In this document: one piece after another, positions 48,485-61,019 of the stretch | How positions within the stretch are numbered: position 1 is the first letter of the stretch | Layout of the letters: the number at the start of each line of letters is the position of its first letter | Assembly: GCF_018350175.1 (NCBI RefSeq) | Contig: NC_058381.1 | Span: 42,780,001-42,844,000, forward strand | DNA from: Felis catus | Taxonomy: Eukaryota | Direction of reading: 5' to 3' | DNA length: 64,000 nucleotides | Program-made: the position numbers and the translations under genes | Notes under the pieces: generated by a model | The model's input: the letters and a program-made list of their open reading frames with translations, nothing else | Told to the model about the DNA's origin: nothing | The model's database searches: none

Positions 48485-50252
48485 GTCTAGACGAGAATTA
48501 CTAAGTATCACTCTCTAAACCCAGGAAACTGAAAGAAGGCAAGGCCGGAAGAGGGGAAATGAACGAGGGCAGGATGACCTTGGAAGGATTGGGGAATTTT
48601 AACTTCATCTAGAGTGAGAGAGCTAGACGCTTCCCGCCCTGGAAGCGGTTCCGGCCCTGGGGAACGTGCCGCAGGGAGTGTGGGATTTCTATCACCCTTT
48701 CAGAAGCACAGCGGAAGCCAGGGGCAGCCCCGGCCCGGAGGCTCAATGCCCAGGAAGCCTCCTCTGGCCCAAAGCGCTTCTCAGGCAAAGGGCTGTCCAG
48801 CAGCGGCTGAGCATCAACTTCTGGGCTTTGAAGCTGGAGTTCCATTCTCATTTCTTGAGAAGCCACAGAGGTAGTAAGGGAGTAAGAGCTGCCTCCCACC
48901 CGCACACAGATCCCCGAGGCCCTCCCACCAGCCCCTGAAACCCTCTGCACCGCTGGCCGGGCTCCAGCCTCCATGGGGGCCCTTCAGGCCTTCTGGTGTT
49001 GAAAGAAAAGGCAGGAAACAAGCGTTGTCGGGGCTGGGCCTCAGCTATGGCTATTGTGTAAGAGGTCTAAGGTCTTACAGCCCAGAGACCATCCCTGGTG
49101 ACAAGTCCCAGAGCGCGCCCGGGAAGCCCTTGCAATGACGTGGGAGTCAGCGGGGGCCCGTCGTCACCTGACCCTTCGGGAGAGAAGTGTCTCCCTGCTC
49201 TATGAGATTGACGAGGCTGTGAAGCCACGGATAACATCGTCCACGCAGAGCCCCACGAGAGCCTTCCACTCGGTCACACACAGCCCTCCAGGTCAGCTGT
49301 AAGGGGACAAGGTACCACCTGGTCCTCCAGACGGCTGACACAATGCCCCTGACGCTCGCCTGCCCTCTGCTCTCCCCATTCACGTGGTCCATCTGACCGT
49401 GAATTAAGAATTGAGACCAAGTCTGACTCGGCCCCCAAGTTCAGGGATGACAGCTGTATTCTCTATACTCACTGGCCCCAAACTGCCTTGGGGGGCAGCC
49501 CGGGCCTCGGGGCTCAGGCCTTGAGCCCCCTCTGCCTTCTTGGGCGATGCTTCTTTGGGCTCCGAAGCATTAACTGCTGCTCCCCTCACCCCCACCCTGG
49601 CCCCTCATCACAGTCCTGGCCTTCAGACAGTTTGAACCCCTGCCCGCTTGGCAGCCTGCAGGCGTCCTGACGAGTGTCTGACCAGATGCCAATCTCTATT
49701 CTCCCCAAGAGCTGTCTGCTTCTCCCTGGCAGCTGTAGTGCCCACTTGGGTTTAAAAATAAACTCACTGTCTGCTTGCCTGACCCAGGAGCTGCCTCCGG
49801 GTTGAGCCTGATCCTGGCTGCCTCTGCAAATATGGGGCCACCACCTCGCCACCTCAGGGAACATGCTCTAGCGTTTCCACTGAGGGCAGACCCTACAAAG
49901 CTCGTCCCAGGAAACTCCGTTTTGTCACCTGTCACTCCTCCGGTCTGAAGGTCATCCTGAGGATTGAAGCACAGGTGTGGGGTGCTGCGAGCAGGACTGA
50001 TCGTATGGCGAGAACGAGCCCCCAGGTTGTTCAGACTGGCACCAGTGCAAAACCGTGGTCTCCAGCCTCAACTGGGCGCTCACGGCAATGGCGCAGGTGC
50101 ACCTGCCCTCACCTGGTGGCTGCTTCTCCCTCTCCCCACCATTTTTCCTCCTTTGCTCATCACAAAATGCTCCCCTGCCCCGCATTCTCCTCCTACTTCA
50201 CACTTAATCAGAACACCCCTCTTAAGGTCTTGCCAGCACCCCACTTGCGTTC

Positions 50253-50450
50253 TTTTTTTTAAGTTTATTTAGAGAGAGAGGCGGTGTGAGTTGGGGAGGG
50301 GCGGAGAGAGGAGAGAGAATCCCAAGCAGGCTCTGCAGTGTCCACACAGAGCCGGATGAGGGGCTTGAACTCACGAGACTGCAAGATCATGACCTGAGCT
50401 GAAACCAAGAGTTGGAGGCAACCACCTGAGCCACCCAGCTGCGCCGCTCC
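50253..50450 (-). mobile_element. CAN-SINE
   Basis: Reverse SINEC body with T tail. Confidence 0.82.
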
Positions 50451-51029
50451 CCTCCCCACTGCCCGCCGCTCGCATTCTTACTGTTGTTCTTGGGTCCTTC
50501 CCCGGAAGCATCAACTCCCCTGTGAGCCCCCTCCCCTCCTATCTTCTTAGGACATCATTCCGCCATTCACCAATCCTCTCTTCTGATAACTTCTACTCCT
50601 CCTTCCCATAACCCAACACCTTTCTGTCCTTAAAAACAAAACCACGGCCACCAAAACCGGCCCCCGCCACGGGCCTCACATCTTCACAACCACACTTGTT
50701 GATAGAAACCCCTGCTCCCACTGCCCTGCTTCCTCACCGTCCATCCAGATCTTCGAGCAAACGGCGGAGGCTGCCAACTCCAAATGCATCTGTTTCTCCA
50801 CCTCAACATCTGGATCCCGGCAACGGCCACCTCCACTCCTCTGGCCCTGCCCTCTCCAGTTCTGCCTCACCCCTGGAGCTCCGGGTCACGCGTTTGCCCC
50901 CTCCTTGCCTCTACAGCTCATTTCAGGGTCACCTTCCCCTCTCGGCTCCAATGGCTTTTGGTTGCTTGAAAATGTTTGCCCTTGGACCTTTTCCCCATTT
51001 ACGACTTCATCACCCACTTTATCTAATTC

Positions 51030-51153
51030 CTTTTTTTTTTTAATGAAAAAAAAAAATTTTTTTAAGTCATCTCTACACCCAACATGGGGCTCAAACTCAC
51101 AGCCCTGAGATCAATAGTCGAATGTTCTTCCGACTGAGCCAGCCAGGTGCCCC
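51030..51153 (-). mobile_element. Short CAN-SINE
   Basis: Reverse tRNA-like head ending ggtgcccc. Confidence 0.78.
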
Positions 51154-52517
51154 TATCTGGCTAATTCCTATTCAACCTTTAGCTCTTCATTTACGTGGCT
51201 TGCTCCAGAAGGCCAGCCTGGGTTGCATGTCTCCCCTGCAAGCTCTCAAGCCCTCTCTAGGTCTACGTCCTCAATCCACATTCAGCCTGCTGGCCTGAGT
51301 GGTCCCCCACATCAGCTCCATGAAGGGGGGGGCGGGTCTGCCTTTCACAGTCACACGCAACATTCCTGGCGCTCAACAGATGTTTGTTGAATGAAAAAAA
51401 GGAGGACCATCCACAGACCACAGCAGGCTGGCTGGTTGTGTCTTGGGCTAGGAGAAAGAGGGGAAACATAAAATTGGACCTGAAAATCCAGGCTGGCTCA
51501 CCACTGTGCTTGTTTAACTGGAGTTTAAGCTGGAATCTGAGCGACCTTTGGGATGTGGGAGCAAAACGGTTTCACTTGAGACATACCCCATGGCGTGTGG
51601 TCACGGCAGAAATTTCTTTCCCAATGCACAATAGAAAGAAGAACTGACTTGCTGCTTTTAAAAGAGAATTAGAAGAGTCTATTTGCAAATCCTTCCTGTC
51701 CCCACCCAGCTTCCCTCTTAGTTTCTCTAGATGGATCGTCAGAAACAGCCTGCTTCCAGCATCAGCTCAGCTCCCCCTCCCCCCCTCTACAAACCTTCGA
51801 AGTCAGAGCCCCAGCCGAGGGCCCCCCCCGCCCCGTGGGCACAGCATCTCCCGCGACCGTCACTCACCAAATAGGGCAGCGCCGTCACCAGCCCCACTTC
51901 ACAGATAAGGAAACCCAGCCTTAGCGGACACACCCCCTTGAATTCACCATGTTTCTAGAAAATTCATCTGACACTGTTGCTTTTATGGAAAGGTCCTATT
52001 TTCTGCCACCCAGGACTCTCCTCATGTCTTCCCCAGAGCCTCTGCACAGGAACACTCAGCACGTCCTCGTTGGTGAGGACAAATGACACCCTGTGCCATC
52101 CCTGCAGCCCAGAGTGGGGGCAGCGGAGCCTTGAGGGCCAAGTCTGCCGCCGGACACAAGGACCAATCGCTCCCTTTGAAGGACTTTTCTGCATTTTTCC
52201 CCTTTCCGAGTCTTTCATAAATGTCAAAGGTTTATAGGGCTTATTTGCTAAAATACTTGCCCAGCATCTCCAGGAGCTTAAGGGGAAAGAAGAAAGATGT
52301 GAGGGAAAAAAAAATCTAATAACGGGTGTTATCGCAAAGGGGATGGAGACCGAAATCCTGCTTATTCAGATAGAATTGCAGAATCTGGAGACCACGGACC
52401 CAAGAAAGTATCTGTCCGACGTCCCAACTGCCTCCTCCTGCCAGACCCCCAATTTGGCCTGTATAGATTCCTGAACTGGAATTCACATGGAACACTTCAA
52501 AAACTAACAGATTCTTT

Positions 52518-52729
52518 TTAAAAAATGTTTATCTATTTTTGAGAGAGAGAGAGAGAGAGAGTGCAAGTGGAAGAGGGGCAGAGAGGGAGGGAGACACAGA
52601 ATCTGAAGCAGGCTCCAGGCTCTGAGCTGTCAGCACAGAGTCCAACGCGGGGCTCGAACTCACAAACCATGAGATCGTGACCTGAGCCAAAGTCAGACAC
52701 TTAACCGACTGAGCCACCCAGGCGGCCCC
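52518..52729 (-). mobile_element. CAN-SINE
   Basis: TSD aacagattcttt on both sides. Confidence 0.9.
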
Positions 52730-53184
52730 AGCAACAGATTCTTTACCTGCAAACTTAAGCTGTAACCAAGTTCGGCCTCCCTCCAATCTCTCCGCACTGG
52801 TGTCCTCTCCCTAGGACAGTCCTTTAAGTACGTGAACACCTTGGGAGCGACCCCAGGCAAGTCTTCTCTTCCTCAGGCTCCAGATCCTTCAAATTCAAGT
52901 GCTCCTCCCTGTCCTCCCTGTCCCACCGCTGCCTTCTGGGCACCCCCAACCTGCCCTCGTGTCTCCTAAGTGTGCTGCCCAGAAACAGAATACCTTGCAC
53001 AGTGTGCCCAGAAGGGCTGGAGCCGTGGGTCTGTCTCCTTCGTTGATGAGGAAATCTTATTTCTGTGCAAGTAGCAACTGTGCTTTGATCAGACACATCA
53101 GGAATGTGTATTTATTGGCCTTTATCTTACCAGGATTTGGCCTAAATCTGTAGACCTGAAATGTGAGAAAGTTATTGCTATTTT

Positions 53185-53716
53185 TTAAGATCTTTTAAAA
53201 GTTTATTTATTTTGAGAGAGAGACAGAGAGAACATGCATGTGTGAGTGGGGGAGGGGCAGAGAGAGAGGGAGAGAGAATCCCAAGCAGGTTCAGTACCAC
53301 CAGCACAGAGCCTGATTCGGGGCTCAAACTCACAAACTGTCAGATCATGACCTGAGCCAAAGTCGGGCCCTCAACCCAATGAGCCAGCCAGGTGTCCCCC
53401 TAGGATTTTATTTTTAAGAAATCTCTACACCCAGCGTGGGGCTCAAACTCACAACCCCAAGATCAAGAGTCGCAGGCTTCACCGATTGAGCCCGCCAGGC
53501 GCCCCTGAGAAAGTTCTTTGAATTAAATGTAAGATAGCTTTTATTTATTTTTAATTTTTTTTTCCTTTTTGAGAGAGAGGAAGAGAAAGAATCTGAAGCA
53601 GGTTCCACGTTGTCAGCACAAAGCCCGACACGGGGCTCGATCCCACAAACTGAGATCATGACCTGAACCCAAATCAAGAGTCAGACACTTAACGGACTCA
53701 GCCAACCAGCTGCCTC
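53185..53716 (-). mobile_element. Tandem cluster of three CAN-SINEs
   Basis: Reverse heads end at about 53400, 53505 and 53716. Confidence 0.85.
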
Positions 53717-54021
53717 TAATAGAGCTTTTAGTTTTTAGGAAGGTACCAGAAACTGCATGTCAATCCTTGTTCAAAGAACTTACTACATGTAGACAGTAGA
53801 AATTATGCTTGGAGAGACTGCTGAGAACCCAGGGTTAAGGATCTGTGTGGTCTTTTCCTTTTGGTAAGTGCTGCAAATTCACTTCTGTGAAGTGATCGCT
53901 CTTTGTTCTTTTGACAACATGGAGGCAGGTGACGCCACGTTCCTGGTAGCTGGAAATGGGAAGCTGAAGGCATCCACAGCTGTGCCATCCAGCCCGGTGG
54001 TCATTTAAACAGCGAGGTACA

Positions 54022-54204
54022 GGGGCTCCTGGGTGACTCAGTTGGTTAAGCGTCCGACTTCGGCTCAGGTCACGATCTCACAGTTTGTTGGTTCGAGCCC
54101 CGCATTGGGCTCTGTGCTGACAGCTCAGAGCCTGGATCCTGCCTCAGATTCTGTGTCTCCCTCTCTCTCCCCAAAATAAATAAACGTTAAATTTTTTTTT
54201 TTTT
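54022..54204 (+). mobile_element. CAN-SINE
   Basis: TSD tttaaacagcgaggta; T-rich tail. Confidence 0.88.
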
Positions 54205-55794
54205 TTTAAACAGCGAGGTAGGTCTGCAAGTGCGTGCATGAGAAACACTCCCAGATGTAAATGAAAACCACAATGCAGGAGTGCTTGTGGGCGGGCACCT
54301 GACATGTCAGCTGCTCTGTGCCCAGGAAAACACTGTGGGAGAATTCACAAAAATGGACCAGTGGTTACCCGTGGGGAGAAACACTGCTGGGACAGGAATG
54401 TTTATTTTTCATTCATTTAATACATTTTGGTCATTTTAATTTACTGGCTGCCTAGAGTTTATTGGCCACTTGGGGCCAGGTACACGGTTACAGGCTGTCA
54501 GGAAGCCTCGCACGCAGTTTGGACGGTAAAGAGTGGGGTTCTCTCAACTTCCTTTTTGGGGTTCTGCAGTTTTGGTAGAAAAGAACCCCGCGGCTTCTGC
54601 TTGCTGCAGCCTGTAGTCCGTGGTAAGCGGAGGGGCTCTGATGCGCCTAGAGCCTCCTGAAGCCTGGAGAAGAGGAAGTTGGGAGGGTGGTTTTGAAGGA
54701 AAGTCCGCAGGAAAGCAGGGGTTCAGGGCGAGGAGGTGTCTCAATGGCCAAGCTGCAGGGGCGGTGGGTTTCCTGTAGGGGCCGCAGGGCACATCTTCCC
54801 CTGGTGGGGTCTGTGCCTGGTGGTTCTCTCTGGAGGGTTCTAATCTTGGGTCTGGAACCGACGGTTGTTCCCGCGATCGACGCTGAGTGGTGGCTCCCCC
54901 TTCCAGCCTCCCCTCCCAACCTCCCGAGTTCGCTTGCTGGCTGGCGGTGGCCACGCAGGTCTGGGGCCTGCTGTTGGCTTGGCCAGGCTGGCCACCGGGC
55001 TGCTTCCTCATGGCTTTCCACAGCCAAGTCACAGGCGATGGTGCAGCTGGAGAGGCTGCCCCCCCCGCCGCCCCCATCTCCCACGCTGGCCCCCGGGAAG
55101 GTGGGCCCGCCGTTCTGGGGACTCCAACACGGTGGCCACGGACAGGAGGGTGGACTTCCCGAAAAGAGAAGCTTGCCCACCAGTGATGGCTTCCCAGGGA
55201 CGCTCTGCCCTTGTTCGGGAGCTGTTACCGGAGGCGGAACCCCGGGGGTGCCAGTGATAGTCGCGGGTGAGCATGAGCGAGCAGCTGGAGCATGGCTGCC
55301 ATGCTGTCACTTGTGGGCTGGCGGAAACCTTGGCGGGGACCACTCACGGGTCATGGCACGTGATTCCGGGTGGTGGGGACAGGGACGCTAGGCCCCCCGG
55401 GGACAGGGGAGACTGCGGAAGGCCACTCCATGCCCGAGGCACTAGGGGTGGTAATTTTAATTTTTAAAGATGTGCGTGTATATCACCTTTAAGTGTCAGC
55501 AAGGATTATCTGAGTAGGGAGGTTGTGGGCTATTTTTATGCCCCACACACTTTTATGTGTTTGAAGGTGAATAAATGCATGTGTGCTTTTAACAAGAGAC
55601 AATGTTAAGAATGACTTTTTAGGAATGGGGCAAGTATTGATGTCTTTTGTTTTCTCTTTGTTTCTGAATTTTCCAAGTCTTTCATAAACGGCATGTAATG
55701 ACCTTTATAACCAGAAAAAAATGTCATTAAACTAGAATAACCAACAAAGCAAAGGAAGAAAAAAACCCCAGCAGGCAATGGTATTTGTATTGAT

Positions 55795-56236
55795 TCATTT
55801 TTTTAAAGCCTATTTATTTATTTTTGGGAAAGAAGGCGTGAGTTGGGGGGACAGAGAGAGAGGAAGAGAGAGAATCTCAACAGGCTCCCCCCAGAGAGGA
55901 GCCTGATGCGGGGGTTCAAACTTACGAACCATGAGACTGTGACCTGAGCCAAAGTTGGATGTTTGAGTGAGCCACTCAGGTGCCTCATGGCATTTGTAGT
56001 TTATTTTTATTTATTAATTAAAAAAAAATTAAGGTTTATTTTTGAGAGAGACAGAGACAGAGTGTGAGTGGGGGACGGGGAGGGGCAGAGAGAGAGGGAG
56101 ACACAGAATCCAAAGCAGGCTCCAGGCTCCGAGCTGTCAGCAGAGAGCCCGATGCGGGGTCCGAACCCACAAACCGCGAGATCACGACCTGAGCCGAAGT
56201 CAGACGCCCAACTGACTGAGCCACCCAGGCACTCCC
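55795..56236 (-). mobile_element. Two adjacent CAN-SINEs
   Basis: Reverse SINE bodies at about 55795-55986 and 56000-56236. Confidence 0.85.
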
Positions 56237-56698
56237 ATACCGTATTTTCTTTATCCATTTACCTGCCGATAGACATGTGAGCTGTTTTCATCTCCTGGAT
56301 ATTGTGAACAATGATGAAATGAACGTGGGTGTGTAAACATCTCCTTAAGGTTCTCCTTTCAACTCTTTTGGATAGACCCAGCAGTGGGGTTGATAGATGA
56401 ATGAGTTTTTAAAAAAGCAGGCTGGCTGCTGGCCTGAGTTTGGGTTGACATGGCTATTTAAATTGCTACGGATAAAATTATAGAACCAAAAAACGGTTCG
56501 CATTAGAGCAGAGTGGCTATAAACAGGGAAGACCAAAACGCATTCCGTACCGGGAGCATGATTTCTTATCTTTCTGCACGAAGTGGCTCAGACTCAGCAC
56601 ATAGTTTATGCTCATAGTTTTTCTAATAGTTGACTAAAGCCTTTTCTATCTTCTCTCTGTTACGAGGCCTCAGAATCTACATCTGAGTCCAATCAAGG

Positions 56699-57101
56699 TA
56701 GGGTTACTAGTTTTAGCAAATAAAAATACAGGATGCTCAGTTAAATTTGAATTTGGGATAAGCAACAAATGATTTTTTTAATGTTTATTTATTTTTGAGA
56801 GAGAGAGAGCGAGAGCACAAGCAGGGGGAGGGGCAGAGAGAGAGAGAGACAGTCTGAAGCAAGCTCCAGGCTTCAAGCTGTCATCGCAGAGCCTGATGTG
56901 TGGTTCGAACCCACGAACCATGAGATCATGACCTGAGCCGAAGTCAGATGCTCAACCGACTGAGCCACCCGGGTACCCCCCAATAATTTTTAATATATCA
57001 GCATTTCCCATATATAAGATATAATACATAAAAAAAATGATTCACTGTTGATCTGAACTTCAAATTTAACCAGGCATCCTGTATTTTATCTGGCAATCCT
57101 A
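56699..57101. mobile_element. MER53-like palindromic MITE split by a CAN-SINE (about 56773-56980)
   Basis: Long inverted arms tagggttac..aaaatacaggatgc..gttaaatttgaa / ttcaaatttaac..gcatcctgtatttt..gcaatccta; 8-bp TSD aatcaa(g/a)g. Confidence 0.82.
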
Positions 57102-58607
57102 AATCAAAGGGAATGGGCATCTATTCCAGGCCAACTTATGCTGATCTATTCACAGCCTTCTCCGACGGTTCTTAGCTGTGCTCTGGCGTTTCACATTCCT
57201 CCTGACCACACAACACCCCCCCTATGCCCCATGCTGAAAGCTGGGCCCTTCCTCCTCCCAGCTATCTCCAGAGCTGGCTTGAATGGCCACTCACCGCTTT
57301 AAGAGACACATAAAAGAAAAAGAGGTCCCCACCCCACACGCTCTCCTTCTCGGCCAACAAGCCCCCAAAAGCAGGCCACTGGAATCAAACAGCATAATCA
57401 CAAGCCGGTCTATAATCGAGACGGGGGGGGCGAGTGTGCCACAGACCTCTGTCCACGATCATTTTCCCGTTGGAACGTGAAGTAAACAATCCGCTGACCA
57501 TTTGCGTTCAACCCTATTTCCAGGCTTTTGCCTTTAAAAGCACCTCGAGGAGCCCAAATCCTCGCGCAGACCATTCTGCAGAGGCCGCGTCCTGTCAACG
57601 CTGTCAACAGCACCTGGGTACAGGATCGACCATCAGTCTGCCTGCTGGGCACAAGCCACAGCTGCAACGTGCTTTCAGAAAAATGGGCCAGGCCAAAGGG
57701 GCTCCCTGTCAGTGCTTTTTAATGTTCCCAGTGCAAAGATAAAATTTCACTTTCACAGGGCTACACAAACTAAAAATAAAATTGAGGGGAAAAAAAAGCG
57801 ATCTAGTTCTGTATCATTTTTCCCCATGGTCAGGTCCCATTCAGGTCACTGGCTGTGCGCGGAAATCGGTTATGAACAGTTGCTCGGTTCTGCCTTGCCT
57901 GGGGTTTGAGGCTGTCAGCCAGCCATGCCCTCTGTGATGGCCCCGGAGAGCAGAGCGGACAAGGATACTTGTGGAAGGTTCGGCCGAGGGTAAAGAGGGA
58001 ATCCGGTCAGCTTTTCCTCGAGGCTCTAGCAGGGGGCTTCCTTCGGTTTTCTTTCACAGTCCCTGAGTCTAGTTGAAAACAGGCCTGGCGTGTCAAGGGC
58101 AGGGCAAGGAAATGCTGTGCTACCTCCTCAGGATTGAGAGGGCAGCAGAAAACCAGTGCTGGCGAATGCTTGTCACCATGTCATCTTCTCTTTTTCTTAC
58201 TTTCCACTTCTGAGTCACTTCCTCTTTCTGATTGCCTCAAAGATGTCATTGGATGTAGGGCGGAGAAGTTTCTCAGTAATGACACCAGCTCACTGACATA
58301 GAAGGTGAGATACTTCTCTTTACACGGACTGGTCAGTCTTGGAACGGAAGTCCTGAATCCACACTGGATCGTGGTTTGAAAACTCCCGTACACACAGTTA
58401 GTCAAGGACCGCATGCTTCCCGGCACCCACCCCCTGAACATCACTTCTGGATTATTCTGCCCATCCCTCTACAGCCCTCCCCCCAGGCTGCCATCAGTCA
58501 TTCTGGGCTGTCAGAGAAGATACTCCTGTGCTATGCCAGGGTCTAAACCTCTGTGAAACAGAGATCATTCAAAATAATCCCTCTTCCCCTTTTTCTCCTG
58601 GCCCATT

Positions 58608-58810
58608 CTTTTTTAAACGTTTCTTTGCTTATTTATTTATTTAGAGACTGAGTGCGAGGGGGGCAGGGGCAGAGACTGGGAGACACAGAATCAGAAGCAG
58701 GCTCCAAACTGTCGGCACAGAACCAGACAGGGGGCTCGAACTCACAAACCACGAGACCATGATCTGAGCTGAAGTCGGACACTTAACCGACTAAGCTACC
58801 CAGGCGCCTC
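58608..58810 (-). mobile_element. CAN-SINE
   Basis: Reverse SINEC body. Confidence 0.85.
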
Positions 58811-60716
58811 AAGTTTTTCTTTTCCCTAAGCTAAGTCGTTCTCAAAACTTAATATGTGATATTACATGTGGAAAATTGTTGGGTGAAGCAAGTGTTCTGT
58901 GTCTTCTGGGGGAGGCTACTCAACTGTATGCATTGGTAACTAACTACTAAACAAAAAGGGTGAATTTTACATGTAAATTATACCTTAATAAAAAATTTCT
59001 TAAGAATCACCTAGGGAACTTAGTTCTGAATGTGCAGACCTGAGAAGGGTCCAAGGAACCAACATTTTAACAGGCATCCCTGTCTCTTCTTACACAGGCA
59101 GCTCCATGGTCACATCTGGAAAAAACACGGCAGGTACAGCAAGGTCCACCCAGCAAAGATCCGCAACGCTGCCTTCCCCACCAGCAACTGCCGCCCACTC
59201 CTCCGGGAAAGGAGTCAAGGGTGCAGGCCCGGATCTGTTCTCCACTCTGCCTCAACCTCTAACAGTCTTCACGCCCGTGGGGGATAGGCTTCCAATCTGG
59301 GGTAACTAAAGGAGAGAAACCCTAAAAATATTGTACTTTAAGATTCACAGAAGTCTTAGAAATAGTTTTAAACTCCACACAGCAAAGATTTTTAACTTTG
59401 AGGAGGGAGGACACCTTTTCCAGGTATTGGTCTCTGTTCTGATGGCCAATCTGCCAAATAATCCACTTTCAAAACTAACAGGGTGCCTTCACTGCTCCAA
59501 CAGCTTGGAACGGCTCACAAGTTTATTACCAAATATGGCTGGCTGACCAGTTTACACTCTGCTGCTGAGGGTGCACTCTTTGCGTGACCTACCAGCCAGC
59601 CTTCTGTGTCCGGGCCCAGGGTGGGGTGAACACAGGGCACTTTTGCAATAAATGCTACCCTCTCCTAACCCCCTCCCACACTTCCTGCCCAAAAGGCACG
59701 TTAGCCATACCAAGACCAGTGTGGGTCTGCAGGGAACATCCCTCTCAGAAGGCCCCCCTTTTGGAGAAAAGGCCCTGAGAACTACAGGGAGCGAGACAGG
59801 CTGTGTTCCCAGTTTCTGTGCTTAGCCTCCAGACCCCCCCGCTCCTCTTACACAAGCCACATCCCCTTCCCAGATTTAGGATGCCAGTAATATGCCAATC
59901 CGCGTAGCCACAGTAATCAGGAGTTGTGTAACTCAGCTATGAACAAGGGCATGTTTTGGGCCCAAGTCACCTGCTTGGAAGTTTTTCTGCTCATGCATTC
60001 CCACTGAGATCAGTTTACAGGTGAATGTACTAGGAGAGATTTTCATATCAGGTTTTCTGTACAAACCATTAAGCCATCAGGTACTATTTTACACAAGGAA
60101 TGGGGTAAAATCCTCAATATGACATTTACTGGCAGCCGAGTTCTCAAGTTTGGGAAAAGACGCACAGACCACAAATGAATCTTCTAAACTGTATTTGGAA
60201 CTCACAAAACATTTGGAACTGACAAATCTTCCTAGAGACAAGGCCCCGAGCACAGAAGTCTGTCCCCACCATAAAAGTTTTACATTAACTGTACAGAACA
60301 AAATTAGCAATGAGTGATCTTTGGCACTAGAATGGTAATTCCTTAGCTGTTCATACAACATCCAAACCACACATGACATTAGATTGCTGGTTAACAGTTG
60401 AAAATTATATTTCAATTATCTTAAAAAGCTAGAAGTCCTAGCTAAGTTTTTCAGTATCAATATGCTAATTGTATCTAATACTTAGTGCCTGAGGTAGAGA
60501 CTTCTGTAAGAGCTTTATTAAAGAAAACACAATTGGAAAGTACAATAAAGAAAAATTTCCAATCTTGGAACCAAATAGCCAATGTCTTTGCTGGTTCAAC
60601 AAGCCAACCTTGAAATGTAAAACACTTACTCCTTTTATTTCTGTAGGGACTTTGCATGGGAGTAAGACTTTCTTTTGTTTGGACTCCTGGATTTTAGAAT
60701 ACTATGGATTGTCTCT

Positions 60717-60926
60717 TTAAAAAAAATTTTTTTTTTATTATTGAGAGAGAGAGAGAGACAGAGTATGAGCAGGGGAAGGGCAGAGAGGGAGATGCAAAAT
60801 TAGAAGCAGGCTCCAGACTCTGAGCTGTCAGCACAGAGCCCGACCTGGGGCTCGAACTCAGAGACTGTGAGATCATGACTTGAGCCGAAGTCGGAGACTC
60901 AACTGACTGAGGCACCCAGGCACCCC
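60717..60926 (-). mobile_element. CAN-SINE
   Basis: TSD tggattg(t/c)ctct (60705-60716 / 60927-60938). Confidence 0.9.
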
Positions 60927-61019
60927 TGGATTGCCTCTAAAAAGTATGACTATTAAGGTGGAATGTGCATGAACCAAACTCACTTAACGTTATTATTAAA
61001 AACAACACAACTGCATTAG

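Noticed and set aside
54187-54207. SINE with a T-run where the A tail is expected
   Set aside because: Mixed A/T tails also occur in other SINEs here (e.g. near 60720); best explained as microsatellite drift.
54544-55391. Overlapping 177-234 aa ORFs in a GC-rich intergenic patch
   Set aside because: No domain, no consistent splice structure and ORFs on both strands; could be regulatory, but the sequence alone does not support a call.
58181-58444. Minus-strand 87-aa ORF ending ESKKKRR (NLS-like), a possible alternative GJC1 last exon
   Set aside because: No convincing pyrimidine tract or acceptor and no recognisable homology; would need junction reads.
6845-60915. Recurring similar small ORFs ([15 protein letters not shown]...; MGRLGGSVG...) that look like a peptide family
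   Set aside because: All are translations of CAN-SINE copies.
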